This document shows, piece by piece, positions 21,992 to 33,531 of a stretch of DNA of 49,873 bases. The stretch is from Thermococcus sp. JdFR-02 (GTDB lineage: Archaea; Methanobacteriota_B; Thermococci; Thermococcales; Thermococcaceae). Each line of letters opens with the position of its first letter. Position 1 is the stretch's first letter. The notes under the pieces are model-generated. The model did not search any database. It was not told the origin of the DNA and saw only the letters and a program-made list of their open reading frames with translations. The DNA is taken from positions 1 to 49,873 of the forward strand of contig MTLP01000017.1 of NCBI GenBank assembly GCA_002009975.1, in the 5' to 3' direction. A program made the position numbers and the translations under genes.

Positions 21992-22903
21992 TTAATCACT
22001 TAACTTAAGCATCCTCTCTATAGCTTTCCTCGCTCTTTCAGCTATGTCTTTTGGCACTTCAATTTCATATTTCTCGTCTCTTAAGGATTCATAGATATGC
22101 TTAAGCGTTATTGACTTCATTCCGATACAAAAAGCGTCTTCATTAGCAGGGTAGAATCTTTTATTTGGATAGAGCTTCTTTAGACGATAAACCATCTCCT
22201 TTTCCGTAAAGACAACCCATTCATCATAGAGACAAGCGTTTCTAACCATTCCTCCAGTTGAGACTATTAAATCGGCTTTTTCTTGAACTTCTGGATTACA
22301 TTCTGGGTGAACCATTAGTTTAGCCTTTGGATAGACAGTCATTGCTCTTTCTACGTCTTCAATTGTGAACTTTTTGTGAACATAACAGTGTCCTCCTTCT
22401 GGAATTGGAATAATCTTTTTGTTAGTTCTCTCTGCTACATAGTAGGCTAAATTATTGTCAGGTCCAAAGATGATTTCATCTGCATCAAGCTTTTGAACAA
22501 TTTTAACAGCATTTGCCGATGTAACAGTTACGTCAGCGTAGGCTTTTGTTTCTGCTGTTGTATTGACGTAAAGAACCACTGAAGCCTCTGGATACCTTCT
22601 CTTAGCCTCTAAGATATGCTCTATTTTAAGCATGTTAGCCATTACACATGTTGCCCTCTTGCTGGGTAGGAGAACTTTCTTTTGGGGATTTAGGATTTTG
22701 GCTGTTTCTGCCATAAAATCAACACCTGCAAAAACAATGATATCTGCATCTATTCTTTGGGATTTTCTAGCTAACTCTAGGCTATCCCCAACAAAATCCG
22801 CTATATCTTGGATCTCAGGCAATTGGTAGTTATGTGCTAAAATTATAGCGTTTTTCTCCTCCTTAAGCTTTAAAATTTCATCAACCAAATTCACAGTAAA
22901 CAC
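21992..22903 (-). CDS. nadA: Quinolinate synthase
   Basis: LAHNYQ, GDSLEL, FMAETAK, HPEC and three Fe-S cysteines. Confidence 0.97.
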   Translation of the reverse strand: MFTVNLVDEILKLKEEKNAIILAHNYQLPEIQDIADFVGDSLELARKSQRIDADIIVFAGVDFMAETAKILNPQKKVLLPSKRATCVMANMLKIEHILEAKRRYPEASVVLYVNTTAETKAYADVTVTSANAVKIVQKLDADEIIFGPDNNLAYYVAERTNKKIIPIPEGGHCYVHKKFTIEDVERAMTVYPKAKLMVHPECNPEVQEKADLIVSTGGMVRNACLYDEWVVFTEKEMVYRLKKLYPNKRFYPANEDAFCIGMKSITLKHIYESLRDEKYEIEVPKDIAERARKAIERMLKLSD

Positions 22904-24288
22904 CTCCCATCAAAAATGCTGAATCTTTCGAACTCTTTTTTCATAAAAGGATAATCTTCCCTATAATGAACACCCCTACTCTCTCTTCTTGCTAAAGCAC
23001 ACTCTAAGATACCTCTAACCAAAAGCTTAATTCTCTCATCAACTTCAATCCTCTCAATCTTTCTTAGTCCTTCTTTAAGTCCCTTCTCGCTCCTCACAAT
23101 TCCTGCATAGTTCCAGAGAATTTCTTTAACACTCTCAATATCACCGAGCTCTTGAGTGGTGTCTTTGATTTCTTTAACCTCTTTAACTCTTGGATTGTCT
23201 CTCACTATTGTTCTTGCAACCTCTAATCCACTAATTACGCATTCTAAAAGAGAATTACTCGCCAGTCTATTTGCCCCATGAAAGCCGTTATCAGCTGTTT
23301 CACCAATTGCGTAGAGATTCTCAACGTTAGTTCTATAATAAAGATCAACCCTCAAACCACCGATAGAATAATGGGCAATTGGAGTTACTGGAATTAGGTC
23401 TTTTTCTGGATTAATTCCCTCTTTGGTTAAAAACATGTAAATTTGTGGAAACTTTTCCTTAAAATCCTCAATTTTTGTTGCATCTAAGTAAACCTTCTTT
23501 CCTTTTTGTATTTGCCTGTAAATTGCCCTTGCAACAATATCTCTCGGTTCAAGCTCGTTGATGAACCTTTCTCCGTCCTCATTGATTAGTTTAGCTCCTG
23601 CTCCCCTTACGGCTTCGCTTATAAGCTTAACATCCTTACCAATAAAACCAGTTGGATGGAACTGTATAAATTCCAAATTACTCGCTAAAGCACCTTTCAT
23701 CAAAGCATCTCCTATTAAAATGCCTAAGTTTAAAGAAGAACCTGCTGTAAATTTATATAAAGCTGTATACCCTCCAGTTGCTAAGATAGTGGCATCAAAC
23801 TTTAAAAGTTCCCCATTAAGGAAAACACCGTAGCAGTTACCCTCCTCTATTGCTAGCGAAGAAGCAAAACCCTTTATGAATTGAACACCAAGCTCTTTAG
23901 CCCTTAAATAAAGAAGCTTTGTCATATGTTTTCCAGTTTCGTTTTTAATGGTGAAAATTCTCGGAAAGCTGTGTCCTCCTTCAATCTCATTTTCCTCAAA
24001 GTTTAAACCAAGAGAAAGCAAAAAATCATAAGCTTCACTGGATTTTGAAATCACATTCCACACAACTTCCTCATTGTTTAAATAGCGTCCAGCTTTAATC
24101 GTGTCTAAAACATGAGATCTTATTGAATCCCCTTCTAAAATTGGAAAAGCAATCCCAGCCTGAGCTAAATAAGAGTTCGTCTCTTTTATGCCTTTTCCAA
24201 TAAGAGTAACTTCAAAACCTTTCCTAGCTAAGGATATCGAAGCTGTTAATCCTGCTATCCCCTCTCCAATAATCCCAATTCTTGCCAT
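22891..24288 (-). CDS. nadB: L-aspartate oxidase
   Basis: [39 protein letters not shown] and [10 protein letters not shown] motifs. Confidence 0.96.
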   Translation of the reverse strand: MARIGIIGEGIAGLTASISLARKGFEVTLIGKGIKETNSYLAQAGIAFPILEGDSIRSHVLDTIKAGRYLNNEEVVWNVISKSSEAYDFLLSLGLNFEENEIEGGHSFPRIFTIKNETGKHMTKLLYLRAKELGVQFIKGFASSLAIEEGNCYGVFLNGELLKFDATILATGGYTALYKFTAGSSLNLGILIGDALMKGALASNLEFIQFHPTGFIGKDVKLISEAVRGAGAKLINEDGERFINELEPRDIVARAIYRQIQKGKKVYLDATKIEDFKEKFPQIYMFLTKEGINPEKDLIPVTPIAHYSIGGLRVDLYYRTNVENLYAIGETADNGFHGANRLASNSLLECVISGLEVARTIVRDNPRVKEVKEIKDTTQELGDIESVKEILWNYAGIVRSEKGLKEGLRKIERIEVDERIKLLVRGILECALARRESRGVHYREDYPFMKKEFERFSIFDGRCLL

Positions 24289-24334
24289 GTGATTACCCGA
24301 ACATTTGTTCGGTAGCTAACTTTTAAAACTTTTG

Positions 24335-25663
24335 CTAAAAGTCAAAAGCCCAGCTTGGATATTTACCATTCAAACAAGCCAAGCACAAATCATTCAGCCC
24401 AACTGCTTTGACTAATCCCTCTAAGCTTAAATACCTTAAAGAATCAGCGCCAATTTCCTTAGCTATCTCACCAACACTCTTCCAAGAAGCAATAAGCTCA
24501 TACCTACTTGGAATGTCAATTCCCATGTAGCAGGGATACTTTATTGGGGGAGAAGCTATCCTTACATGAACCTCCCTTGCACCAGCTTTTCTAAGCATTG
24601 CAACTATTCTCTTCATAGTTGTTCCTCTAACAATTGAATCATCAATTAAAATGACTTTTTTGTCTCTAATGACCTCCTTAACAGGACTTAACTTTAACTG
24701 AACGCTTAAGTCCCTTAAAGCCTGTTGCGGCATTATGAAGGTTCTCCCAATATAACGGTTCTTTATTAAACCTTCTTCATAAGGAATTCCACTTTCAAGG
24801 GAATATCCTATTGCGCTAGCCCTTCCAGAATCAGGAACAGCTATAACTATGTCTCCTTTAACATCATCTTCCCTCGCTAACTGCTTCCCTAACTCCAATC
24901 TCACCTTGTAAACATTCCTTCCTTCAATAGTGCTATCAGGTCTTGCAAAGTAAATGTATTCAAAGACACAATGGGAATGCTTTTCTTTAGTCAAAACTTT
25001 GCTCTCTAACTCTTCATCGATTACAAAAACTTCTCCTGGTTTGACATCCCTTACTTCGAGGTCAAACATCTCCAAAGCTGAGCTCTCTGAGGCAAAATAA
25101 TAACCATCACCAAAACCAAAGGTCAAAGGTCTAAAGCCCAGAGGATCCCTGCCAACGACTATTTTCCCCTCAAAAAGCATGCTTACTGAATATGCCCCCT
25201 TAATCTCTCTAAAAACCTCTTTCATAGCTTCAAATTCATCTTTGTGCTCAAGATAGTGCCTTAGAAAAGATATTCCCAAGAGCTCGCTATCAATACTCGT
25301 TTTAAAATTATAAAATCGTCCATAATCCCCCCTTAAAAGGGAATAGTTGGTTAGAGTTCCATTATGAGCTAAAGAAAGCTTTAATCCTTTATACTCGACT
25401 TCCAAAGGCTGAACTTCATTTAAACCGCCAAAAGTTGAATACCTGACATGTCCTATAGCTAAATTTGAGCTCAGCTTATCCAGAACACTATTTTTAAAGA
25501 CTTCACTTACCAAGCCCAATCCTTTGTGCGTTTTTATAATTCCCTGCCAAACACTTATCCCTGTGCTCTCCTGACCCCTGTGCTGCAAAGCTAACAAAGC
25601 ATAATAGGCTTTTTTCTCAGCATTTTTTGTTTTTGCTGCAAATACGCCGCATTTTTCCCTCAA
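24335..25663 (-). CDS. purF: Amidophosphoribosyltransferase
   Basis: (M)REKCGVF Ntn cysteine, [23 protein letters not shown] and CLAC; TTG start at 25663 after GGTGA. Confidence 0.96.
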   Translation of the reverse strand: MREKCGVFAAKTKNAEKKAYYALLALQHRGQESTGISVWQGIIKTHKGLGLVSEVFKNSVLDKLSSNLAIGHVRYSTFGGLNEVQPLEVEYKGLKLSLAHNGTLTNYSLLRGDYGRFYNFKTSIDSELLGISFLRHYLEHKDEFEAMKEVFREIKGAYSVSMLFEGKIVVGRDPLGFRPLTFGFGDGYYFASESSALEMFDLEVRDVKPGEVFVIDEELESKVLTKEKHSHCVFEYIYFARPDSTIEGRNVYKVRLELGKQLAREDDVKGDIVIAVPDSGRASAIGYSLESGIPYEEGLIKNRYIGRTFIMPQQALRDLSVQLKLSPVKEVIRDKKVILIDDSIVRGTTMKRIVAMLRKAGAREVHVRIASPPIKYPCYMGIDIPSRYELIASWKSVGEIAKEIGADSLRYLSLEGLVKAVGLNDLCLACLNGKYPSWAFDF

Positions 25664-25677
25664 GCTTATCACCTGTT

Positions 25678-25815
25678 TTACCATTTTGATGTTAAAAAAC
25701 AAAAATTTAGCAAAAATATTTAACACTAAATAGCTTAAAAGCTTTACCATATTATTGGCATGAAAATGTCAAAGTAAAGCTTAAAAGAGTATAAATTTTA
25801 ACAATTTTTTGGTGA
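25678..25815. promoter_or_regulatory. pur boxes in the purF/purC divergent promoter
   Basis: TTACCA-N6-TGTTAA (25678), TTGGCA-N6-TGTCAA (25755), TTAACA-N6-TGGTGA (25798). Confidence 0.7.
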
Positions 25816-25820
25816 AGACT

Positions 25821-26510
25821 ATGGAGATGTATGAAGGTAAGGCTAAGAAAATGATCCCATTGGATGAGGCAAAGCTCATCATGGAGTTCAAAGATGATGC
25901 GACAGCTTTTAACGGTGTTAAGAAGGCGCAGTTCAAAGGAAAAGGTGTTTACAACGCTCAAATTTCAGTGAAGTTGTTCAAACTTTTAGAGGAAAAGGGC
26001 ATCAGAACACACTTTATTGGCATAGCTGGAGAAAACAAGTTAATCGTTGAAAGACTCGAGATGTTTCCTTTAGAAGTTGTTGTGAGAAACATAGTTGCTG
26101 GCAGTTTAAAGAAAAGATTGCCCTTTAAGGAGGGTCATGAGTTAGAAGAACCAATAGTCGAGCTTTATTATAAAAATGATGCATTAGGAGACCCAATGAT
26201 AAACTACTATCACGCTAAGAGCTTGGGAGTTAGTGAAGAGGAGATAAAAGAAATGGAAAGAATTGCATTAAAGGTCAACGAGATTTTAAAAGAGTTCTTT
26301 AAAGAGAGGGGAATTCTATTAGTTGACTTTAAGCTTGAATTCGGCAAGAACTCTAAAGGCGAGATAGTCTTAGCCGATGAAATAAGCCCCGATACCTGTA
26401 GATTTTGGGACGCAGAGACAAAGAAGAGCTTGGACAAAGATGTCTTTAGGTTCGACAAGGGCGACTTAATTTCAGCCTATGAAGAGATCTATAGAAGAAT
26501 CAGCGAGTAG
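25821..26510 (+). CDS. purC: SAICAR synthetase
   Basis: YEGKAK, FKDDATAFNG, PLEVVVRN, DFKLEFG, DEISPDTCRFWD and DKDVFR motifs. Confidence 0.97.
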   Translation: MEMYEGKAKKMIPLDEAKLIMEFKDDATAFNGVKKAQFKGKGVYNAQISVKLFKLLEEKGIRTHFIGIAGENKLIVERLEMFPLEVVVRNIVAGSLKKRLPFKEGHELEEPIVELYYKNDALGDPMINYYHAKSLGVSEEEIKEMERIALKVNEILKEFFKERGILLVDFKLEFGKNSKGEIVLADEISPDTCRFWDAETKKSLDKDVFRFDKGDLISAYEEIYRRISE

Positions 26511-26545
26511 CTTTCTTTTATTTTAAATTTTAAAAAATAAAGTGT

Positions 26546-27550
26546 CTAAAGTTCAATTCCATAATTCTTTACGACTATCTTTGGTTCTTTGATTATTTTT
26601 CCTATTTCATAACTTGGGAAGTGTCTGTTTAAGATCTGCAAAACCTCTTCCTTATCCTCTTGTGAAACCACAATGATAAATCCAATTCCCATGTTGAAGG
26701 TTTTGAACATCTCATCTAAAGGAACACCGTTTTCATAAATCAGCTTGAAAATTCCTTTAATCTCTGGCATCTCTAAAGAAAAACCGTAGTTTGTTATCCT
26801 TTTTAAATTTAGCAGTCCTCCACCCGTAATGTGAGCCATCCCCTTAACTTCAACGCTTTTTAAAAGATCCATAATTGGCTTTACATAAATCCTTGTTGGC
26901 TCAAGCAAGTGCTTCCAAAGTTTTTTGCCTTCAAATTCATAATCAAGACCATACTTTGGAATCAAGAGCTTTCTCGCGAGAGTTAGACCATTTGAATGAA
27001 TACCCGAACTTTCTACCCCAATAACAGCGTCTCCAGGCTTAACTTCCCCTCCAGTGATAACCTTGTCCTTATTTACGATTCCAATTGCTGTGCCGGCTAA
27101 ATCAAAAGGATCCACGAGTTCGGGCAAAATAGCAGTTTCTCCCCCAATAATGGCTATTTCGCTTTGCTTAGCTCCTTCATAGAGACCTTTGGCAATTCCA
27201 TCTAAAAGCTCTTTATTTGGCTCTTTTAGAGCTATGTAGTCAACCAAAGCTACTGGCTCAGCACCAACCACAATTAAATCGTTAACGTTCATTGCTATCA
27301 TGTCAATTCCAATGGTATCGTATTTTTTTACCATATCAGCAACCAGAACCTTTGTACCTACTCCATCTGTTGTCATTGCCAAATAAAACTCACCAAATTC
27401 AATCAAACCTGCATAATGACCTATATCTGTAGCAACTTGACCCAGTTTGTCCTTTCTAAACTCAAACGTTGCCTTTGCAAGTGAAATTAAGTTTCTTAAG
27501 GATTTTTCAGTCTTTTCAATATCCACACCAGCTTGAGCGTAAGTGAGCAT
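26546..27550 (-). CDS. purM: AIR synthase
   Basis: [34 protein letters not shown] and TFNMG motifs; start MLTY at 27550. Confidence 0.97.
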   Translation of the reverse strand: MLTYAQAGVDIEKTEKSLRNLISLAKATFEFRKDKLGQVATDIGHYAGLIEFGEFYLAMTTDGVGTKVLVADMVKKYDTIGIDMIAMNVNDLIVVGAEPVALVDYIALKEPNKELLDGIAKGLYEGAKQSEIAIIGGETAILPELVDPFDLAGTAIGIVNKDKVITGGEVKPGDAVIGVESSGIHSNGLTLARKLLIPKYGLDYEFEGKKLWKHLLEPTRIYVKPIMDLLKSVEVKGMAHITGGGLLNLKRITNYGFSLEMPEIKGIFKLIYENGVPLDEMFKTFNMGIGFIIVVSQEDKEEVLQILNRHFPSYEIGKIIKEPKIVVKNYGIEL

Positions 27551-27591
27551 TTTGACCACCGAGAAGATGTAAGTGTGAGGATTTAAAAAGT

Positions 27592-27652
27592 TTATCATTT
27601 TTATGTTTAAAAACACTTAAATATGTTGCATATTTTAACATTTCAATGTCAA
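27592..27652. promoter_or_regulatory. pur boxes in the purM/purT divergent promoter
   Basis: TTATCA-N6-TGTTTA (27592) and TTAACA-N6-TGTCAA (27635). Confidence 0.7.
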
Positions 27653-27669
27653 CCAATTGGGTGATGAAG

Positions 27670-28959
27670 ATGATTGGAATTAGAGATGAGTTAGGAACTC
27701 CTTTAACAGATTCTGCCGTTAAGATAATGCTCCTTGGAAGCGGTGAGCTTGGAAAAGAAATAACAATAGAGGCTCAAAGACTTGGAGTTGAGGTAATAGC
27801 GGTTGATAGATATCCCAATGCACCAGCCATGCAAGTTGCTCATAAAAGTTACATTGGAGATATGAAGGATAAGGACTTCTTATGGAGCATTGTTGAGAGG
27901 GAAAAACCCGATGCAATAATCCCAGAAATTGAGGCCATAAACTTAGATGCTCTTTTTGAGATTGAAAAGGAAGGTTATTTTGTTGTTCCAAATGCTAAAG
28001 CAACTTGGATTGCAATGCATAGAGAGAGAACGAGGGAGACCTTAGCAAAAGAAGCAAAGGTGCCAACATCAAGATACATGTATGCGACAACCTTAGACGA
28101 GCTTTATGATGCATGTGAAAAGATTGGCTATCCTTGTCATACAAAGGCTATAATGAGTTCAAGCGGAAAGGGTTCATACTTCGTTAAAGGACCTGAAGAT
28201 GTTCTAAAGGCTTGGGAGGAAGCTAAAAAGAAGGCAAGGGGAAGTGCTGACAAAATTATCGTCGAAGAGCACATAAATTTTGACATTGAGATTACAGAAT
28301 TAGCGGTTAGACACTTAGATGAGAATGGAAAGATAGTCACCACTTTTCCAAAGCCTGTTGGGCATTACCAAATCAAAGGAGATTACCACTCAAGCTGGCA
28401 GCCTGCTGAGATAAGTGAGAAAGCTGAGAGGAAAGTCTATGAAATTGCAAAGAAAATTACAGACGTTTTAGGTGGTCTTGGAATCTTTGGAGTTGAGATG
28501 TTCGTTAAAGGTGACAAAGTTTGGGCTAACGAGGTTTCTCCAAGACCTCACGATACCGGAATGGTAACCTTAGCATCATATCCAACAGGCTTTTCAGAGT
28601 TTGGACTTCATGTGAGGGCAGTTCTAGGACTTCCAATTCCGGCTATTGAAGAGAATGGCGTTAGAAAGTTCCCAATTTTAACTCCAGCAGCAACTCACGT
28701 AATCCTAGCTAATCAAGAGGGTTATGCTCCAAGATTTAAAGGATTATCCAAAGCATTAAGTGTTCCAAACACAACTGTCAGACTCTTTGGAAAACCAAGT
28801 GCTTACAAAGGAAGAAGGTTAGGAGTTGCATTAGCTTGGGATAAAGATGTGCAAGTTGCAAAGAGAAAAGCAGAGCAAGTTGCCCACATGATTGAGCTTA
28901 AAACAAGAAGTGGAGAGTGGCAGAGCCAAGAGTTTGTAAAGGAGAAGCATCTGATTTGA
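27670..28959 (+). CDS. purT: Formate-dependent GAR transformylase
   Basis: LLGSGELGKE, MSSSGKG, EVSPRPHDTG and RRLGV motifs. Confidence 0.97.
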   Translation: MIGIRDELGTPLTDSAVKIMLLGSGELGKEITIEAQRLGVEVIAVDRYPNAPAMQVAHKSYIGDMKDKDFLWSIVEREKPDAIIPEIEAINLDALFEIEKEGYFVVPNAKATWIAMHRERTRETLAKEAKVPTSRYMYATTLDELYDACEKIGYPCHTKAIMSSSGKGSYFVKGPEDVLKAWEEAKKKARGSADKIIVEEHINFDIEITELAVRHLDENGKIVTTFPKPVGHYQIKGDYHSSWQPAEISEKAERKVYEIAKKITDVLGGLGIFGVEMFVKGDKVWANEVSPRPHDTGMVTLASYPTGFSEFGLHVRAVLGLPIPAIEENGVRKFPILTPAATHVILANQEGYAPRFKGLSKALSVPNTTVRLFGKPSAYKGRRLGVALAWDKDVQVAKRKAEQVAHMIELKTRSGEWQSQEFVKEKHLI

Positions 28960-29123
28960 TCCTCTTATTTTATTCCCTAAACTAACATCAAGTTTAGTTA
29001 AGTACTGTTGTTTACTCTTCATTTTTTGATTACTCTCTTTTATAGTGTGCAAAATATGTATAGAAAATGTTTATAAATAAAACTTAGATTATTATACAAT
29101 AAATAACTAATGGAGGTGATAAT

Positions 29124-30035
29124 ATGGCAACTTTTGGACTCTGGTATTTTAAGTGGAATGGTAGTAGCTATGAGTCAAGGTTAAAACTAACTCTCGGAGG
29201 TGGAACTGCTACAGTACAAGACTTCAAAAATAGAGGTTTTGACTATGCGGTGATTTTGGGGAATTCAGGATTAGATATTCAGTACACAGGAGATGGCCAG
29301 TTAGATGGCGAAAGTTTTGCTGAAGATGTATTTAGGAAAGTATCGGGGATTTCATTATATATAACAATCCCTTATTATCAATATCAAAGTTCGGAACCGA
29401 GGGATAATCCTAGAGGAAGCTATAAATATTGGTCTGATTGGATTGATGCAATAGTAAACTTTGCTAGCTCTGACTTAATGGGGTTTTACTGGGGACTAGA
29501 GAGTGCATGGATGTTTAAAAACTATTATAGAAACATAGATCCACAAATTAATCCTCAAACAATTGAAATTTTGGCAGATAAGATACATTCTTATGGATTA
29601 AAGTTTATTTGGATCCCTTCCGCAAACACTTTAGAACTACAAAATACAGATATCTTTGATGCCTCAGAGTACTTTGACTACATTTTTGTCCAACCAAACT
29701 ATTACATGAAAAGGAATGGAAATCAAAATCTCCCAACTTATGAAGATTTCAAACAATACATTTCAAGATTAGAAACTTTAAAATCTCAATACAATACACC
29801 TAGCGTGTATTTAGAAATGGAGGCAGACGAATGCACAGTTGGGGGATGTGGAAACTGTAGGGAGTGTAGTTCTCAAGAATATTGCAAAGAACTTGCCAAA
29901 CAGTATATAGAAGTTCAAATGGACGTACTTGGCGGTAAATATCCACACAGAGCTTACTATTTTGGAGTAACTCTCGAAGTAATAGATAAAGTGAACCAAC
30001 ACTGCCAGAATACCCTAGGTGAAAGATATGTCTAA
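29124..30035 (+). CDS. DUF4855-like protein (putative glycoside-hydrolase-type barrel)
   Basis: GFYWGLES, FIWIP, FDYIFVQPNYY, LEMEAD and AYYFG motifs recalled for this family; GGAGGTGA RBS. Confidence 0.65.
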   Translation: MATFGLWYFKWNGSSYESRLKLTLGGGTATVQDFKNRGFDYAVILGNSGLDIQYTGDGQLDGESFAEDVFRKVSGISLYITIPYYQYQSSEPRDNPRGSYKYWSDWIDAIVNFASSDLMGFYWGLESAWMFKNYYRNIDPQINPQTIEILADKIHSYGLKFIWIPSANTLELQNTDIFDASEYFDYIFVQPNYYMKRNGNQNLPTYEDFKQYISRLETLKSQYNTPSVYLEMEADECTVGGCGNCRECSSQEYCKELAKQYIEVQMDVLGGKYPHRAYYFGVTLEVIDKVNQHCQNTLGERYV

Positions 30036-31254
30036 GAAAATCCTTTTCTTTGCTCTTTTTCTTTTCTTAACTTCAAATCTGGCTTTAGCATATTCAGCTG
30101 GTGGATTTACTATTCGTTTTTGGGTTGCAGAGAAAGAGGATGGTGGGGCTTTTATAAATGTAGAATTTGGTCTTAGGAATATTGATGCCACTTGTCCTGA
30201 GAAGAATCCGTGTGCTTGTGGCTTCTTGGATCAAGACTATTACATTTTGTCTTTTTATGTGAATGAAAGTGGTGCATACTATCTTGGGACTTTCTTAATC
30301 CCTCCAAAATTTGTTCGTAGAGATGGTCAAGTTTACATTTTCCTCCCAAGTTATTCTACTCTTGGCTTAAATGCAACTAGATGGAAAACATACCTCAAAG
30401 TTTACGCATTTAGAGGGGATTGTACTAATGAAATTGGGAACATAACTGCCCCTTATGTTTCTCATTTTTATATCTCATTTCCACATGTTGTAGCTGAATA
30501 CATAGCTGTACAAGGGGATAACCGCACAAAAATCCTCGATATCTACAAAATTGATGAAAAGGTGGATAGAATAGATACTCTTCACCTTCCAAGCATGAAG
30601 TGCAATCTTTATTTGTATTCGCCTTATCTCAAGCTCTATTGTCCAAAAGGAATCCTCTACTACAACATTACAGATAAAGGTTTAGTCAAGTTGAAGACCC
30701 TTGGCAATATTGGATCAACTTTTCGTCCAGTTTCTAAACAAAAGACTGGACGCGTTGAAAAAAAGTTTATCATTTTTCAATCAGAGAATAGGACTTTTAG
30801 AGTTCCAATAAGTGAAATTAAGGAGCATTTATGGGTAGAGAAGGAAATTTATACGTTAAATGGTGTATTCTTAAAGGATTCACTCTTAATCCTGCCACCT
30901 TCAATGAGATACGAATACTGCAAACCTCCTATAAATGTAAACGCCTCAGTAATCAGCACCTTATATCTGCCACATCCCATTAATGTGAACCTCACCTTAA
31001 TTGAGACTAAGCCTATGGATGTCTTTTACTATGATGGCAAACATTTGAAGACAATCCCTCTCTTTAGAATTGAGAATTTTAAACCTAAAATCTTTGTACA
31101 GTCGTTTCCTTTTAACAAAACCTGTTCTATAAGTGGAACTTCAAAGATCCAGAAAACTACTCCAGTTCCAGCCACAAAAAGTAAGAAAATTTGTGGAGTT
31201 ACCTCAATCCTAATTCTTTCATTATTAGTAAGCTTAAGGAGATGCGAACAATGA
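30028..31254 (+). CDS. Secreted Cys-containing surface glycoprotein with CGP-CTERM-like anchor
   Basis: N-terminal signal peptide, many N-x-S/T sequons, Thr/Ser/Pro linker, then KKICGV + hydrophobic helix + RR. Confidence 0.75.
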   Translation: MSKKILFFALFLFLTSNLALAYSAGGFTIRFWVAEKEDGGAFINVEFGLRNIDATCPEKNPCACGFLDQDYYILSFYVNESGAYYLGTFLIPPKFVRRDGQVYIFLPSYSTLGLNATRWKTYLKVYAFRGDCTNEIGNITAPYVSHFYISFPHVVAEYIAVQGDNRTKILDIYKIDEKVDRIDTLHLPSMKCNLYLYSPYLKLYCPKGILYYNITDKGLVKLKTLGNIGSTFRPVSKQKTGRVEKKFIIFQSENRTFRVPISEIKEHLWVEKEIYTLNGVFLKDSLLILPPSMRYEYCKPPINVNASVISTLYLPHPINVNLTLIETKPMDVFYYDGKHLKTIPLFRIENFKPKIFVQSFPFNKTCSISGTSKIQKTTPVPATKSKKICGVTSILILSLLVSLRRCEQ

Positions 31255-31292
31255 AATGGAACAATACTGCGAAAGTAATCTTGGTGAAAAAT

Positions 31293-32272
31293 ATGTATAA
31301 AACAAGCTTGCTTCTCTTTGTTATTCTTATTTTTTTGTTCTCTCCTTTTGTCTCAGCTAATAAATGGTCAGGAGCTGGTGTTAGGACATGGTTATCTGTT
31401 AGTGGAGGCAAAAGTGATGCATTTATCATAATACATGTTGAACCCTTAGACTATACCCATTGTCCAGGAATGAACAAAAGTAGAGATATGGCTTACCAGT
31501 GTTCGGTCGTTCCTAGTTTTCATGAAGATTATGTACTTTACTTAAACGAGAGTGGAATTTTTCTGATTGGTAGATATTTCGACAAGACTCCTGTGTTCTT
31601 TTATCAGAATGATTCCTGGATTATGGTAGAAACTAAAGATTATGTCAATTATCGCCTTTATATTTTTAATAAAACAACCAAGTGTTTTTATCCACTCTAC
31701 AAAAACATAACTGGCCAACGAAGATTCATGGAAATCGTAGAAAACAGCACATTAAGGGTCAGTGGTGTCTTAGAGAATAACACAATAGTGTTTTCCTCTG
31801 AGAAAAATGGAAACTTCCAATAAATGAAATTAATCCTTATTTATGGCTTAATGAGGAATCTAAACATTTAGTAGGAGTGCTTCTAAATGACAGACTTTTA
31901 ATTTACTCCCCTCTTAAGCATCAAGCACTCGCTCTGAAGAATGGCAGCTTCTTAATTAATCTTTATTCTTTCAATAAACAAGTAAGTGGTATAAGTGAGG
32001 TGATCAAACCAGTCTCAATTTTTCTATTCGACGGTAAAAAGTTAAAGCCTGTTCCTCTTTTTTATTTAATTTACGATGTTAATGTCAAAAAACAGAGCAT
32101 AGAGTACGTAGAGGAACTTTGTGTTAAAGGGCACTTTAACATCACAAAATGCGAAGATCAAATAATTAATACTACTCGGACATCAACTTCTCAAAAAGAA
32201 AAAGGTATCTGTGGACCCTCTACAATCATGAGCCTCATATTAGTGCCACTGCTATTAAAAAGGAGAAAATAA
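31293..32272 (+). pseudogene. Frameshifted CGP-CTERM surface protein, paralog of 30028-31254
   Basis: Two ORFs (ending 31823, starting 31877) join at GAGAAAAATGG (31800-31810); the shifted frame WKLPINEINPYLWLNEESKHLVGVLLNDRLLI aligns with FRVPISEIKEHLWVEKEIYTLNGVFLKDSLLI; ends KGICGP-TM-KRRK. Confidence 0.8.
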
Positions 32273-32704
32273 CTACTCTCGCATCCTTTCCCTATACTCC
32301 TCAAGCTTCTTTCTTAAGCTTTCATCTTTTAATGCCAAGATCTCAATCGCAAGCAAAGCCGCATTTTTCCCATTATCTATTCCAACTGTTGCAACTGGAA
32401 TTCCGGGTGGCATTTGAGCAATGCTTAAGAGGGAATCCAACCCACCAAGCTTTGCTGAAACTGGAACTCCTATAACTGGTTTTGTTGTATGAGACGCTAT
32501 AACTCCTGGTAAAGCGGCACTTAAGCCAGCAATTGCAATGAAAACAGCATAGTCTTTCTTTGCAAGCTCTTCGACTTTCTTTGGATTTCTATGAGCTGAG
32601 GCAACTTCAACGTCATAGCTAACATCAAATTCATCTAAGACTTGAGTCACTTTATCCGCAATATGCAAATCGCTTTTGCTACCCATCACTACGAGAACCT
32701 TCAT
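32273..32704 (-). CDS. purE: N5-CAIR mutase / AIR carboxylase
   Basis: [25 protein letters not shown] and [11 protein letters not shown] motifs. Confidence 0.96.
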   Translation of the reverse strand: MKVLVVMGSKSDLHIADKVTQVLDEFDVSYDVEVASAHRNPKKVEELAKKDYAVFIAIAGLSAALPGVIASHTTKPVIGVPVSAKLGGLDSLLSIAQMPPGIPVATVGIDNGKNAALLAIEILALKDESLRKKLEEYRERMRE

Positions 32705-32716
32705 CTCTATCACCCA

Positions 32717-32777
32717 TCAACAAAATAATGTAAAAATTAATAAAGTTTTTGGAAAAATCTAGACAAAAAATTGTTAA
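32717..32777. promoter_or_regulatory. Paired pur boxes upstream of purE
   Basis: TCAACA-N6-TGTAAA (32717) and TAGACA-N6-TGTTAA (32760). Confidence 0.65.
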
Positions 32778-33529
32778 TCAGCTAACCACATTTCAATTCC
32801 CTTATCTGTGAATTTGTACTCAAAACGCTTGAATTCACTCAAGTTTGGTGTTTTTAAAACCAATAATTCCCTTTTAACTCCTTCTTCAGTGATTTCACTT
32901 CTCGTTCTTAGGACATAATGAGATCTTCTATAAATTGATGGGAGTACTCTACTTCTCTTTCCAGAATACACCCATATATTCGTCCCTTTTGGGAATTTGG
33001 TATAGGCTTCATGCCTTCTTCTAACATCGGCGGAAACTTCAATATACCTTAATGTCCCTTCTTCGCTAAAGATTCTCTCATATTCTGATAGATCCATGGC
33101 AACGCCCCAAATCTCTCTTCCCTCAAAAAGCCCAAGCTTAGCCCACTCCTCTTTATGTGCCTTAACAACCTGTGCATACTTTATTGAGAGCAGCTCAAGA
33201 GAAGTTGCACCCTCTAAATACCAGACATTTTTAATATCATACCTCAAGTTGTAGATGCTTCCAAATGTGTCAATTATTAAAAACCTGTTATTGTCTAAAT
33301 ATTTCTCAAAATCTATCCCACGTTTTTTAAGTATTTTAAGGAGCAGAGGAAGGGGATAGCTTATGTTAAAAAATCCCAGAAGATTATCCTTCTCAAGCTT
33401 CTTCCTGATGAGTTCAAAAATTAAATCTCTCCCACGAGAACGGGGATCCAATTCATGGAGAAGTATATAAGAGGTGGGTCTTATTTTACCAATTTCCTCG
33501 TCGAGAATTTTAAATTCCCATGAATACAT
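32774..33529 (-). CDS. RecA/KaiC-fold protein with degenerate P-loop (DUF257-like)
   Basis: KaiC-like layout (LDEEIG-I, IIDTFG, RELLVLKT); no GKT/S. Confidence 0.55.
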   Translation of the reverse strand: MYSWEFKILDEEIGKIRPTSYILLHELDPRSRGRDLIFELIRKKLEKDNLLGFFNISYPLPLLLKILKKRGIDFEKYLDNNRFLIIDTFGSIYNLRYDIKNVWYLEGATSLELLSIKYAQVVKAHKEEWAKLGLFEGREIWGVAMDLSEYERIFSEEGTLRYIEVSADVRRRHEAYTKFPKGTNIWVYSGKRSRVLPSIYRRSHYVLRTRSEITEEGVKRELLVLKTPNLSEFKRFEYKFTDKGIEMWLAD

Positions 33530-33531
33530 TG

